From assembly GCF_041146345.1 (NCBI RefSeq), contig NW_027191411.1, positions 496,001 through 560,000 on the forward strand: 64,000 nt of DNA, given 5' to 3'. The notes under the pieces were generated by a model that saw only the letters and a program-made list of their open reading frames with translations, ran no database searches and was not told where the DNA came from. Within the stretch, counting starts at the first letter, position 1, and every line of letters starts with the position of its first letter. The position numbers and the translations under genes are program-made. This document shows, in pieces, positions 12,317 through 25,009 of the stretch. This DNA comes from Neodothiora populina. Taxonomy: Eukaryota.

Positions 12317-13562
12317 CTTATGATTGAAATGCATGATGACAAGCAATAGTGTACAGTGAATGTCATGAGATATTCTAATGATTCAATAATGCAAGTACTC
12401 AGTACAAGTACGACAAGAAATTCATCGAAGTTCTCTGAGAAAAACGAATGTACGAGGGTCAAGGAAAATGATAGATGTGTTCCTAGAGCTTTGGGAAGAC
12501 TATGCTGCAGATGCATCTTATTTAACAGCTAATGCTCGAATAGAGAGCTCCACAAGGCGTCATAAATATGCTCAAACCACACAGCATAAAATAACACGAA
12601 AGAAGACATGAGAGCCGTTCGGACCATGCTCTGATGCATAGCTCAAATATGTGACGCCAAGATGTGTTATACCATACGTGTCCGATGAGTTGTTGTTACA
12701 TCCGAGAAGGACTCAGAAATACACTCTATCGAGTCAGTGTATGGAGCGGAGAAGGTTCCAATCTCGGATAGCAACAGAGTAGATGTGTGAATGCGAGTTT
12801 GAAGAAGCATAAGCACTGGACCGCATCGTATTGTGGGCCCAGTACTGCTATTACACGTACATAGAAGAAGCTAGTGACTTCGCTCGAGTCCCCTATACAC
12901 GAATGCAGCCAATCTTCGGTCGTTCCCGCAAATTCGATGTCAAGCCAGCCATGGTCATGTTGTGCCTTATCGACGGCTTAACGTAAGACGAAAGCGAGTG
13001 CGATCTGGTTGGGAACGGTGGATCCCTTCGACTTCGTTACAAAAGCTTTCAGTGAGGATCTCCAGGAGCTAGAGTTTCGAGAATGCGGAGAAAGCATTTA
13101 AGCTCGAAGCAAAGTCCACAATAGCTGACCTTCAAGCAGCCTTGCATCAAATGTGGTGAGAACCCCTATGACCCAAGCAGCGGGAGGAAGTGCCTCAATG
13201 TAACGCGGAGATATTGTCGATGCTGCAAGATTGGTAGTTCGACGAGGCTGGCAGCACCAAAAGATATCCGTTGCTGCGCCCAGGAACGGTCCCAAGCAAC
13301 AGCCAGCACGGTCTTGAGTGATACGAGTCCGCAAGAGACGGATCTGCCTTGTTCAGGACGTATTTTACGCCTCGGTTCATATCGAGTTCATCGTGCTACT
13401 GAAGTGATTGGTTGTGGGATACACCCCAATGCATATCGATAAAGTAGCGCAAATCAGATAGCCTGCATGATTGAGTAAAGTTTGGGTCTCCAGGGACCCG
13501 TGACTTCGAACGGGCTCGTCCTGGACGGAGAGAAGCGGTACCAAAGGACACCTTCTTGTGCT

Positions 13563-14463
13563 TCAGTGATCCGCTGTGTCAGGACGGACATTGCCTCTGC
13601 CTACAGCGCCGCCGCTCGGTTTCCTCAACGGAGATGCGTATTGCACATGACTGTCCCAGTCATCCAAGCGTTCGTAGGGACTCCTAAGCCAGCTCTCCAG
13701 CTCATGTAGAAACAAGGCCGAGTTTTCGGCTCCCAGAAACTCGGCCACCAGCTCCTGAGCGGCGCCTTCGGCACCTCGGATCTCGATTTTCTTGAGGATA
13801 GCGACCATGTACTCTATCAGAAACTCAATATTAGGATGCTGCAAATAGTCGAAGGCTTGAAAGTCCCTGCGCATGAACATCCGAGCGCGGCTTTGCAGAT
13901 GTGCAGAGGATGCAAAGACTGATGGGGTGAAGTTGGTATACTCAGACACTCGATTAGCACCGACATGCAGAGAATAGGACTTTGTCATGTAGACCCGGCG
14001 GCGGAAGGAAAGAGAGTTGTCCGGACTTGCTCGTCGAGGCAGAGGAGGGGAAGCGCCTGCTACCATTGCCACGACGAGGGAAGCGGTGATGAGCCCGCGT
14101 GGGTGTCGCACGTGGATTCGAGGCAGCTGAGACGGCTCGTTCCTTTTCATCTGGGACACGATATACCTCATAGTCCTCTGGAGACCTCCAGTCATAGTGA
14201 ATCTGTGTGGTAGGAGACTTGCATAGAGGACAGTAAGGCTGTTCCTGAAGCCAACTAGCCAAACAGAGAAAGTCGAAGTTTAGGTGATTGCAGGGAACCG
14301 CCACCGCACGCTCTGAGACTCGTTCAAGGCAGATGACGCATGTATCCTGTGGTGCGTCCTTATTCACGACAGAATTCATCAAAGCCGATTGCGTCGCTTT
14401 GCCCTTGATCTCGAAGTCATCGTCGTCCAGATGAGAGAGTGCATCCGGGCGCACAGGGTCCAT
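13563..14463 (-). CDS. RING-finger protein with C-terminal PWI/Topors-like region; split across two frames by an apparent +1 frameshift near 14047-14050
   Basis: Frame A encodes CVICLE...PCNHLNFDFLCLASWL...CPLCK. Frame B encodes RRRVY...YSLHVGANRVS...SRARMFMRR...EFLIEYMVAILK...LFLHELESWLRSPY...WDSHVQY. Both halves belong to one conserved fungal E3-ligase-like family. Confidence 0.8.
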
Positions 14464-14783
14464 GAAGGTGGAGCAAAGCGATAGAGCAGAGTGATAAACA
14501 GTGGCGTCTGGAAGGATAAAAGGATGTCTGGGTAAGATCGGTCGGCATTAAGTCCGGCGTTAAGATAAGCTCCAAGGATCGGCCCGCGTCTCAGGTCCGA
14601 ACGATTGTACAATGGGAAGGAGCGAAGACGAAAGCGATTCAAAGCATCATCGAACTTTAGGAAAGAGTAAAGTTTGGACTTCACGTCAACAACACTCCTT
14701 GATGAAGATAATGCCTTTCTAGATACAGCACTGTTTCTCTTACCCTGTCCTTGTCTGCTCCATCTCATACACGCAGCGCAAAG

Positions 14784-16624
14784 ATGAGTGGAACGAGTGG
14801 TAGCACGCACACCATCACGGGTCTTAAAAGATGGTCGTGCCAGGACAAGCAGTTACCCGAAGTCGACAAGATCAGAGCCATCCATATCTATGATTTTGAC
14901 AATACCCGTAAGCATTGTCATTGATGAAATGGAGACCAGCAAAATGAGAAACAAAAAACACATGTTGACCATGTCCAGTCTTTTGCAGTCCTCTCCCAAA
15001 TAAGCAGGTGTGGAATGGCCCGGCGATAGGACAACTTCAAGCTCTCGAGATATTCAGTACTGGTGGATGGTGGCATGATGTCAACATCCTTGCTTCGACG
15101 GGGAAAGGCGCTGATGAAGAAGAGAAGACTGGTTGGAAGGGATGGTGGAACGAGAACATTGTAGATCTAGTGCAACTAAGCATGCAGCAAAAGGATGTCC
15201 TCTGCGTCTTACTCACCGGTCGCAAAGAGAGCGCTTTCGCTCCACTGATATCCCGCATGATCAAGGCAAAAGGACTAGAGTTTGACATGGTCTGCCTCAA
15301 GCCGGCTGTTGGACCGGCGAACCAGAAGATACCCAATACCATGGCCTTCAAGCAGGAATTGTTGAAGGACGTCGTCTTTACATACACCGAGGCAGAAGAC
15401 CTGAAGATCTACGAGGACAGACCGAAACACACGACCGCCTTCCGCCAGTTCTTCTCGACACTGAACCGTAACCTGCAGGCTTCCCAGGACCCTGACACGC
15501 GGCCACCTTTCACCTATGATGTTGTCCAGGTCACCGAGGAGTCCACGACCTTGGATCCTGTTACCGAAGTCTCCGAGGTTCAACGGATGATAAACACGCA
15601 CAACGAGACCCTACGCTCGGCATCACACACCTCTGTTTCACGGATGGGCGGGGTTCCCCTAGCCATAAAGCGCACTGTCTTCTACACCGGCTACTTGATC
15701 GCTCCCCAGGACACAGAAAGACTTTTACCCTTGGCCAATGTGCCCACTAATGCAAACAGTGACATTCGTCAGCTCGGAAACAACATCCTCATCACTCCTC
15801 GGCCCGCAAATGCATCAGTCCTGCAACAAGTCGGAGGCATTGGCAACAAGGTCCGCTTCAGAGTCACACACATCGCAGCCCTCGAACATAAGCTATGGGC
15901 TGTACGAGTGACGCCTACCGATTCATCCACGCAAGTGTACACCGAAAACCCGGTGCCACTAGTCGTGCTCGCCCTGAAGAAGAATGCCAGAACCGTTGAC
16001 GCGACCCGGATTAGATCGCACATGTGGCAACCCGTGACAGCGCACCAGATGATCGAATTCGAAACCGTAGTAGGCGAAAAGGTCCTCTTACGGATCGAAG
16101 AAGAGAAAAGAGGCGAGGAAGAATGGGAATCGCAATTCCCTTCTCAGCGAGGCAGCAATGGTGTCGCCAACCGAGACGACGGCTCCTTTACCTCTCGCGA
16201 TGGCGATTTCCCTGCCCTCGGATCTTCTGCTCCTGGTGCTGCTACTGCCGCTCAACAACAGAACGGACAAGAGACTCTCAACGAGAACGAACGTAATAAT
16301 CAAAACCAAGTGCCCCAAGTAGACCCCAGAGCGATGCAGTTCGGCGCCGCGCCGACAGGGCCATCATCACGATCTCACGGACGCCGCGACCACGGCTACC
16401 AACACGACAGACCCGGTGGCGGCGTTCACAAGAGCGGACAACGCAATGGTGGCGGAAGGGGCGGAAACAAGAACTTCGGAAGAGGAGGCAGGAACGGCGG
16501 ACGAGGCGGCGGCGGGGGTAATGGCGGCGGTGGAAGAGGAGGATCTAGACGCGGCGGACAGTACCGCAGTCTGGACGACTCGGTGGGTAACAGTAGTTAT
16601 GGTGGCGGTGGGATGCAGTATTAG
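14784..16624 (+). CDS. Swiss-army-knife RNA-repair-like HAD domain protein (HAD_SAK_1/DUF2410) with C-terminal RGG tail; exons 14784-14907, 14979-16624
   Basis: Spliced N-terminus HTITGLKRWS...IHIYDFDNTLFCSPLPNKQVW gives HAD motif I (DxD). Also LLTGR (motif II), FK (III) and IYEDRPKH (IV). Intron GTAAGC...TTGAC...CAG at 14908-14978. Confidence 0.88.
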
Positions 16625-17276
16625 AGGTCACCACAGTGCATTCGGGGACTTTTTGTACCCCGCTTGTCTTTTCTTCTTTTCTATTACAGCTTTGATCATG
16701 GCATCACATCACGTCGCATCGTAACATGGACGAAGGGACCATGGGAATTACATTTACGAGGAGAGGCAGGCGTTTTTCATTTCGAATAGCCACGATTCCG
16801 AGAAGCGAGAATGAGGGTTCGCAGCAGAAAAGTACAAGCATTGCTTCTGAACCGACGAACAGAGAATACACGGTAACATGGTCATACAGTATATGCTTCT
16901 AAGTCGAGTCAGCATCGAGGGCGTTATAGGAGGTGGGATGAATGCATGAAGGGATGGCTGGACCAGGATCGAGCATTATCTTAAATGGCAAGTGCGGACG
17001 TGCAAAAACGCCATCGGAGCAGTTTCGAGCGAGGTTCATTCTCCAAGGCATACACTTTATACACGTCTAGACACACGTAAAAACCAAATGCGTAATCGCC
17101 GGAGCATGTCGTTTCAGTGCATCTCTCGTGTCTGCTGTTCATTTGTTTATTTGTACAGCAATAGAGTGTCTATCTGATGGGGCCAGGGGGTATCTCCGTG
17201 CCTTTTAAAGTCTTTTCAAGGACTGGTTGTTCGTTGTTTATGAACAAGAAAAGAGAGAGAAGAAGAAAAAAAGAGC

Positions 17277-18347
17277 TCAACCCGGCGGCGGCAGCATGAG
17301 GACATATTCTCTCTCGCTCTCTCCGAACGCCAGCACATCACCGTCCAACAGCTCGACGAACTTACTCGGATCGACTCTTTTGCCGTTGAGTTTGGTGCCA
17401 TTGGCGCTCTCCAGATCGATGAGATAGGGCTTGACTTTTCCCTGGCGCTCGCCGAACTCGTTTGTTTTGGAAATATATCTGAACTGGATGACGGCGTGCT
17501 GTTTGCTGGCGCTCGGGTGCTGGATGACGTAGTCGCAGATCTTGTCGTCGCGGCCGAGCAGCCAGCAGGATCTGGAGAATAAATGGATCGTGTCGAGGGT
17601 TTCCTTGCCCTTGAAGACGTAGATGCGCCATTGTTGATTCGAAGGGGGTCTGCGCGACTCGGGCGGTTCGTGGTATTTCAGGACGGTGTTTGTGCCCGCG
17701 ATGGTGTTTGCTTCTTTGGCCAGGAGGCCTGTCGAGTTGAAGTTTGGTTTTTGCTTCTCTTCGGGCGGGAGCGAGGCTGCGTCGTTTGCGTCGGTCGAGG
17801 GGTTGCCACGGAAGGAGGCTGCTTGGGAAGCGAGAGGAGCGCGGGCACGGCGGTGGGGTGAGGGTGGTCGCGCAATGGGAGACTTGGAGTGGGCAGGAGG
17901 AGGACTCTCGGAGTTCGAGTGGTGGCGTCGCTTGGATCGCCTCTCTGTCTCTCCTCCTCTTTCTCTTTCTCTGTCTTTTCCCCTCCCTTCTCTTCTTTCT
18001 CTTCGTCGTTCTCGGTCTCGGTCATCATCCTTGTGTCTCCTTCTATCGCAGCTGTGACTCGATTCGCTTCTTCGTCTCTCTCTCCTCCTCCTTCTGTCCC
18101 GTGATCGATGGCGGCTACCTTCCCGAGCAGACCTTTGAGCTGGGTAGCTTGGGCTGTGATGTCTGCGGCGTCTGCGCGATTCATCTTCCGAGTCTGGTGA
18201 AGAGTATCGCCGTTTCCTGCTTTCTCTTTCTTCTCCTCTGCCGGAGTGATGCGACCGGCGCGATATTCTCTGCCTGTCTTCTTCGGCAGGACTGAATGAG
18301 CTTCTTGGGGGCCTAGGAGGCGGACTGCCAGAGTCGCTCGTCGCCAT
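17277..18347 (-). CDS. PML1: FHA-domain pre-mRNA retention/splicing factor (SNIP1/Pml1 family)
   Basis: RS/RE-rich N-terminus, then KPNFNSTGLLAKEAN...LKYHEPPESR...WRIYVFKG...LLGRD...HPSASKQHAVIQFR...PYLIDLESANGT...FGESEREYVL. Likely start is ATG 18347 (MATSDSG). Confidence 0.93.
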   Translation of the reverse strand: MATSDSGSPPPRPPRSSFSPAEEDRQRISRRSHHSGRGEERESRKRRYSSPDSEDESRRRRRHHSPSYPAQRSAREGSRHRSRDRRRRRERRRSESSHSCDRRRHKDDDRDRERRRERREGRGKDRERERGGETERRSKRRHHSNSESPPPAHSKSPIARPPSPHRRARAPLASQAASFRGNPSTDANDAASLPPEEKQKPNFNSTGLLAKEANTIAGTNTVLKYHEPPESRRPPSNQQWRIYVFKGKETLDTIHLFSRSCWLLGRDDKICDYVIQHPSASKQHAVIQFRYISKTNEFGERQGKVKPYLIDLESANGTKLNGKRVDPSKFVELLDGDVLAFGESEREYVLMLPPPG

Positions 18348-18696
18348 TGTTGGTCGTAAATATGACTTGTGTGTAGATGTAGACAAGATGATGCTTGTCA
18401 GATGCAATAATTGGTCAATTGCGGACTTGGACGTGGGGAAGGCGCGGGCTGTCGCTATGTCTTGGCATCTGTACGTCACTTGGTTTCCTCCCTTCTTATC
18501 CTCCACCGGTCATTCACGCCCTCATCCATGTCGTCCAGGGACATACTAGATGGCGAGTTGTTGAGGATATGATGGATAAACAGGGTGAAGTGCATGTAAT
18601 CTCAGAGTCTCTGATCAAGATCGACCTTCTATTGCAAATGGTGCCTGTCTACATGACAGAGAAACCGACATGGGCCTCCGAGTTTGTCGGTAAATC

Positions 18697-20337
18697 ATGG
18701 ATCGCTCCTTCTCGGTTGAGCATTCAGCAAAGCCTCTTGGTATGGGTTAGGTAATACAAAATTTTAAGGTAGCAATCACTTGCGTTCAGATATATCTCGC
18801 ATCTTGTTGCTAACAGTATCACATCCAATACCAACAAATCATACTAGAATTCCTTCCTTGCTTGCTCTACAAAGCCTGCCAACACTCTCATCCCTTGAAG
18901 TCTCCGAATTCCATATGGTAGATTCCAATGAATGCGTGATGGATTCTTATTCACTACCGGCAAGTCCTCTCGCAAAGTCAGATCTCGAGATATTCCGTCC
19001 ATACTTGTCACATTACCAAACTCCCATCTGCCATGAGTTTCTTCAGATCGTTCGGCCTTATCTAAACGACTTTGAAGGTCGAATAAGTGACAATAATATG
19101 TGCTCGGGTGAGACAGGGATATCAGACATGGATTGTGGTCAGCAATCTGGACCAGGGAAACCAGACTCCCTGTATCGTGCACCAGATGTCGATGGGTCAG
19201 TACAAGTTGATCCCAAGCTACTTCATTTCTCCATCACTGAGTCTCAACATAGATCCATGATTAGCATTCTGGATGGCAATGAAGTTCGGTCGCACTCCCG
19301 TCCCACAATCAAAGACATGCGGAGGAGCGTCAGAAATTCTACAAAGGCTTTTTCCAAGCGTACCTTGAAGACTCGAGCAACGTAAGTAGACCACGATAGT
19401 TCTGAGGCTTTAACCACCTGATTTTATCTAAAGACATCCTCCTTGGCCACCAAAGCTAGTGCTTCGTGAGAGTAAGCAGCAGATTGCGGAAAAAGAAGCT
19501 CTGGGACGTCCAAAATCTGCCGAACAGATTCTTCCAGACACGATAGAGGCTGAAGGCTGTCCATCGCTCATAAAGCCTCGGAGTTATCGTGTCCCTCTCG
19601 ATCGTCCAAGTTTCCACCGGATCGTCCGATCTTTCATTCAGGTCGAGCGAGAACTGTACAGAGCCGAGCAGGAAAGAGGACAACTCAGCTCTTCAGAGTC
19701 AGATCAAGTTCACGGGAGTGGTAGAGCAGCCGCAAGACGATTGTCGTCCCTTTCGGAAAGCGAAGGAACTACGGAGCACCCTAATCATCATCTCGATCGA
19801 GCTGACAGCGTGCACTTGGACCAGATCGCGTCACCAGAGACTGCGGCCGCTGTTCCTAGCACCGGAACCGTCAACACAAGAAGCAATATCACTAGCGACA
19901 GGCTTGCAAATTCGACATTGTTCCCGGAGGTCTCTCATATTGAAGTGGCGGGCAGATCAAGTCGCGATTATGCAGATCCACCACTGCATCGTGTGACCTC
20001 CAGAGAGACGCTTCAAGGCAGCGTCATCAGCCGTGATTTCGCTCCGTCAAACCTGCACCCGATACTACAGAGAAACCATGTCGAGGCTCATATCAGTCGA
20101 GGATATGCGAACCGAGACAACGCCTGGAAGATGGGCGGTGAAAGGCAGCTTCGAGCATCCAGTGAATCCGCGGACGACTACCCCGTCCACGGTACAGAGG
20201 GAAGTGTACGAAATGCTCCTTTCATGATGGAGTCAATGCATGTAGACCCAAGTCCGCGAATGTCAATGCATGAAGTTCCACGCCCGCGTATGCTACTGCA
20301 TGATGACTCACACCGACAGGAGTCGAGGGAAACATAG
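18697..20337 (+). CDS. Hypothetical Ser/Arg-rich protein; proposed exons 18697-18739, 18817-19381, 19434-20337
   Basis: Introns GTATGG...GCTAACAG (18740-18816) and GTAAGT...AAG (19382-19433) join the 18780 and 19459 track ORFs in frame. No recognisable domain. Confidence 0.5.
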
Positions 20338-20835
20338 GACCGACCCTCGCAAGGATCCTAGTGGGAACGTCACACCCCTTGCGAACGAACATGCTGTGGT
20401 CTTGTTCTGCTGATCATAATTGGAGGTGGATTGAGCTTTATTGTGGTTAGAGCTACAGGAGGATGAAGTTGGCGGCGAAGAGTCTGTTGCAGGAACCAAA
20501 AGGAAATGATGTTGAAGTCTCGGAGGCCCACATGCCAGACATGATGTCTACAATAATAGATCTTGGGCAGACCCCTCTCAGCCGTTCAGTCACTGTCTTG
20601 ACTTGACGAAGCCGTGTTTCAATACAACGATAGCTTCATTTCTAGTACTTATCAATCTCAAATCACCAAACATCATCCTACTGACATGAGTTAATTATAC
20701 CGATGCCAAGGACCCTCTCCAAGCAGAGGGACGCGTCCCATTTCCCTCTGGAATTTGATATCTGTAGAGTATACAACACATGCTCTTGTTAACAACAGCG
20801 TGATTTGTTTTAGCGGGAGGGGAAAACAAAAAGAA

Positions 20836-20954
20836 ACGTACAGCAGCAGGGATTCCCACGTGGTCACCCACCGTAGTACTAATCTGCCGGTCAACTGCTT
20901 ATGTCTGGCAGAGCGGACGGGATGCCCAGTTCTCAGCTGCCTGTGGCCGTACGT
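20836..20954 (-). rRNA. 5S rRNA gene (dispersed copy 1)
   Basis: Reverse complement reads ACGTACGGCCACAGGCAGCTGAGAACTGGGCATCCCGTCCGCTCTGCCAGACATAAGCAGTTGACCGGCAGATTAGTACTACGGTGGGTGACCACGTGGGAATCCCTGCTGCTGTACGT (119 nt). Helix I ends pair, the CCCGTCCGCTC and TTAGTA...GGGTGACC motifs are present, T-runs follow (Pol III terminator) and a TATA-like element lies ~25-30 nt upstream. Confidence 0.96.
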
Positions 20955-21799
20955 GCTGAATTGCTTATCATATTGTGTATATGTACTTTCAAGCGGAGGG
21001 TGAACGATGAAGGAATGCGAAGCTGAAGACCAGGGACCCCCTTTGGAGAGCCGCTCATGCTTCCTGTGGCAAGCGCATAGCGTAAGAATCAATCAATCAA
21101 TCAACCCCCTTTGGAGAAATGGTATATGCAAATCTCGATATATGGTACTGTTCCCTGCTCAATTCCATCCTCCACTGCGAGGACTCTTCGTGTTTCTATC
21201 TCTGGTCATCGCTCTAGAATTATCTGCTCGTTTTCAGATCCGTGGTTCGTGTCGTTACAATTGGAGCGAAGGGTGCGAAACACTTGATATTAGCGTCTTC
21301 CAACCCAGCGACTACCGGCCGTGATTCGCTTGATCACACAAGATGACGATTTCAAGATCTTTCACTGTCTCTCTCTCCTATACGATGAGATGTGGTATAT
21401 TTTTCTCGCTGGACCGTGCTTGACGTCAGTAGATAGCGACGAAGACTTCTCGGGAGCTGGAAGATCGTTGTAGAAGATTTGTTTACTAGGTCAAGTTCCT
21501 TGGTAGTCCTTTTCGAGGACGGGAAGGGATTGCATCGAGTATTGGTGCGAGGATGATTACGAGTATGGCGTGGGCTGGTATCGCGTTGGAAGTCTGGTAG
21601 AGGGTCAGAAGATATGTACAGAGGTTGTTCAAGTTTGGGTTATAGACATAGTGGGAAAATTATACAGATGCCGTAACACAGTTATAGGGAAGAGCGTAGA
21701 GCATCTAGTCCTGTGATAATACTGTATTGACAGAGGAAGCAGCCTTAAGCCGTACAGAATATATCTATGCAGCAGAATCCAATGGAATTCGAAGCAAAC

Positions 21800-23316
21800 T
21801 CAAGAGCTACGCTGGTGAATCACATGAACACAGTGTATGGAAATTTCCTAGCATAGTAGAATCCGCGAGATCTAGGTAGACATCCATCGTAGCCCCTTGT
21901 TTGTTCACTGCATGCTTCATAACCATGCACAACCGTACCTTCTGGGATTGCGCCCACATCTTGCTGCGGTCATCCTCCATGTCACGAAGAGAAGAGTGAC
22001 CCTGTTCGACTGGTAGCCGAAAGAAGCTATTGTTGATTCTCTGGACACAGTTGAACTTGAATTGTCCCCCACCTTATATCACAGTATGGATTTGCCGTTT
22101 CCTGTTCTACGAGGCTGGGCACTCAACAATCCTGTCTTGGTATCCGCGGGGCGTTTGATCTTGCGTGATCAGGTCAGGACATTATACTCACGAGCTGAAG
22201 ATGCACTTGTGAGATTGAAAAGCTTCACCTTCCATCCAAGAATAGTCGCACTGTACCATGTATGAACTTCCCTTTCGAGACTAATCTCCCGATAGCATGC
22301 TACAAAAGTGTATGGGTTTAGATCATGGCATGCTACTCCATGCTCTGCTCTGATGACGAACCAGTGTGATCCTTCCAGCACAGCAGTTTTCTCATGCAAA
22401 GGCTTGGGCGAATCTTCTTCCAATCGAGCTCTCGCACGCTTCATGATATCATGTATGCGAGCCGTTTCCCGAGTCAGTATCCATCCTGTCCTGCTACCTG
22501 ACCAAGCGAGAGCTGTGTTGTATTCGGTCCCCAAATGGCCCGAGTGGTAAGACCCGACTTTCAATCATCAGACTAAGTCTCCGACGCACCTTGATCGTGT
22601 CACGCAAGCGAATACAGAAAAGATGTGCCGGATGGCCCTCCCCGTTCTATTGCAGGAGGCAAGTCGAACAACCCTTCAGCAAACGTCTGTTCAGAACGAG
22701 AAGTAATTACGGCCGGTTGGAGAAAACAAGTCTAGCTCTGAAGGATGACCAGCGGATCCTAGCGTGAGGCAGTGTTGGTTGCGAAAGAAGGGGTGTTGTC
22801 GTCATTCACCTGATGGCTATGCAAAGCGTATCATATGTGATGTCCTCGTAATGCAGTTGTGTTAGGCTGTTCTCTATTGATCGGCTGTTGGCACGCTATG
22901 ATGTACTCTTCAAATGCGCGGCGTTCGTGTGGCCACCTCAACTTAGCGATAACGTGTTTTGAGGCAACGGTGCCACGTTAAAGCCTATTCGGAAGAAGCA
23001 GGGAAGAATGCGACTGCAGGGAGGACTCGACACAATTGAGATCAATATTCGCCGATGTGAACGTCATGGTAGACGCATCGTCACAAATGAGGTGAATGTT
23101 ATGTGAGAAGCGGGAGGTGTATGTCAGGTACACCGCCCCCAAATCGCAGAGAGATATTGGAGCAAGAATGACTTCCGGTGGCGACATTGATTGATTTTCG
23201 CTAGTGCCTGAGGCTGAGGCAGCACTACTCAAGAATACCTCCAGTGCTGAAATACTGCTCGTGTTCATTCTCACTAGGCTTGACTGGTTCCATATGGGCT
23301 GCAATTCACTTGACAT
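21800..23316 (-). pseudogene. Possible degraded gene relic (stop- and frameshift-interrupted ORF fragments)
   Basis: Same-strand fragments at 22978-23316 and 22169-22564, plus an in-frame continuation past the first stop (RGTVASKHVIAKLRWPHERRAFEEYIIACQQP). No family recognised and boundaries are approximate. Confidence 0.25.
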
Positions 23317-25009
23317 GTGTATTATGAACCGGACAAATTGGAGTTCGGATCCGGCAAACCGAGGCTCTGTGGTAAGATCACATAACGGGTGACTTCACGC
23401 TCTCGTCCCAGGTTCAGGGCGGCTCGGGGCTTCTTGTGTCTCGATATCATCTTGCTGATGAGCTGCGAGGGTGAAGTAGCGAGTGGGTAGGAACAGCATG
23501 ACCCGAATAAAGCAAGTCGATCTTACTCCAAATCCTTCACGAAATTGGTGATTGCAAGGCAACAACAAGACTTTGACGTATGGATGCTTGACTCGTGTGG
23601 CCACGTATGCTTTCCCCTCAACGAAGCTGTGCCGTGGTGTGGTCTACTCTAGCGTACACATATGATGCACTTTTGTGTAGTGTGTACTGCAGTTGATATA
23701 GCGCAATCCACCCAGATCCGGAGACCTGGTTCGGTCTTGGCGAAGAGGATTCAGATGTCAAGTCATCTAATTTGTGCCTCGAGCTCTGCACGCTATCGTA
23801 GGGGTCGAGATTTTTTTTATAGGAATAGATTGACACCGCCTTGACTGGTCTCGTCAGTAGTCTAACGCTTGCATTCCGAGAGCCCCTGCATTTCTATGGA
23901 CCTTCCGGGTTTCTCATGCTAAAGATAGCATCGGACGACTTTCACTCAACACAGCGTGCCTGGACTCAGCTTGCGATGTACAGTATGTTTCCGCAGTCTA
24001 TGGTCGAGTGGAGGAATCTTTAGACAAGAGGTCGATCCGCTAAGCGACACTGATCTCGTGAATAGATTGTGGAAGCAGATGCAAACACCATGTGAAGATG
24101 AATAATTACCTTACAATCCTGTGATCCTAAGGTACAGTATCGATGCAGCTGGAGAGATTCGGCCCGTCTACGAGCGCGAACGTCAGTCGTTAAGGTAGTT
24201 TACCACTCCACAAGGGTACAGTACATTGTCTTGTCTGCCAGGGTTCCAGCGGCTGTGTCGCTTAAAGACACTTTTCGGAAGGATTCAGACGGCAAATGTG
24301 GGGTACCTTGGAGTAGCTCACGGATCCTCGGCAATTAAGTTCACGGGCCCATCACTTGTGTATGACTAAGATATCTCCGAAATCATGGCTCATGACTCGA
24401 AGCCCGACTCAGCCATGATTTGCACAGGTAAAAATAAAGTTGTAGTTTCAGAATTCCACCCTTCCCGCTGCAGAAAGGATTAGAGCTTCCAGGACTATCT
24501 CGAAGTCAACTCACTGCTCCTGCGCTGGGAATGTAACAATGCTGTAATTCGTGATTAGGCAGCGTTCAAGGCATTGTATACTGCTAGTAATATTGATCCC
24601 TTCAGTGAATCATAGCCTCTAGACATTTCCGGACCGCTTGCCCACTGTGTAGCCAGCTATAGTAATCATTAGGCCTTGAGAGAAAAGAGCAGAGTTATTG
24701 ACATGAAGCGGAGGTACTGGCCAGAGCATCCATGGATTTCACATCCTCGGTTGCGTATGTGATACCCCTCAGGCTGCTGGACATCCATACACCGGCTTGC
24801 TCTACCGGTAGTGATATGTCGAAATTAGGCAAGCCTTTTTCACTACGCTCCTTGTGGCATGAGAGCGACCCCGGAAAAGTTCGAAAGAGACAATGACCCC
24901 CTAGATCAGAAGATAAGACGACTGCGATGCCCATGATGTAATTGGCGACTTGGAGGACGAGTCCATATTTAGAGTATGTAAAACAAAAGAAACAGCGAAT
25001 TGGGAGATG

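Noticed and set aside
20691..21092. ORFs 20691-21092, 20755-21003 and 35431-35676 sharing an identical peptide
   Set aside because: They are spurious translations across the 5S rRNA genes.
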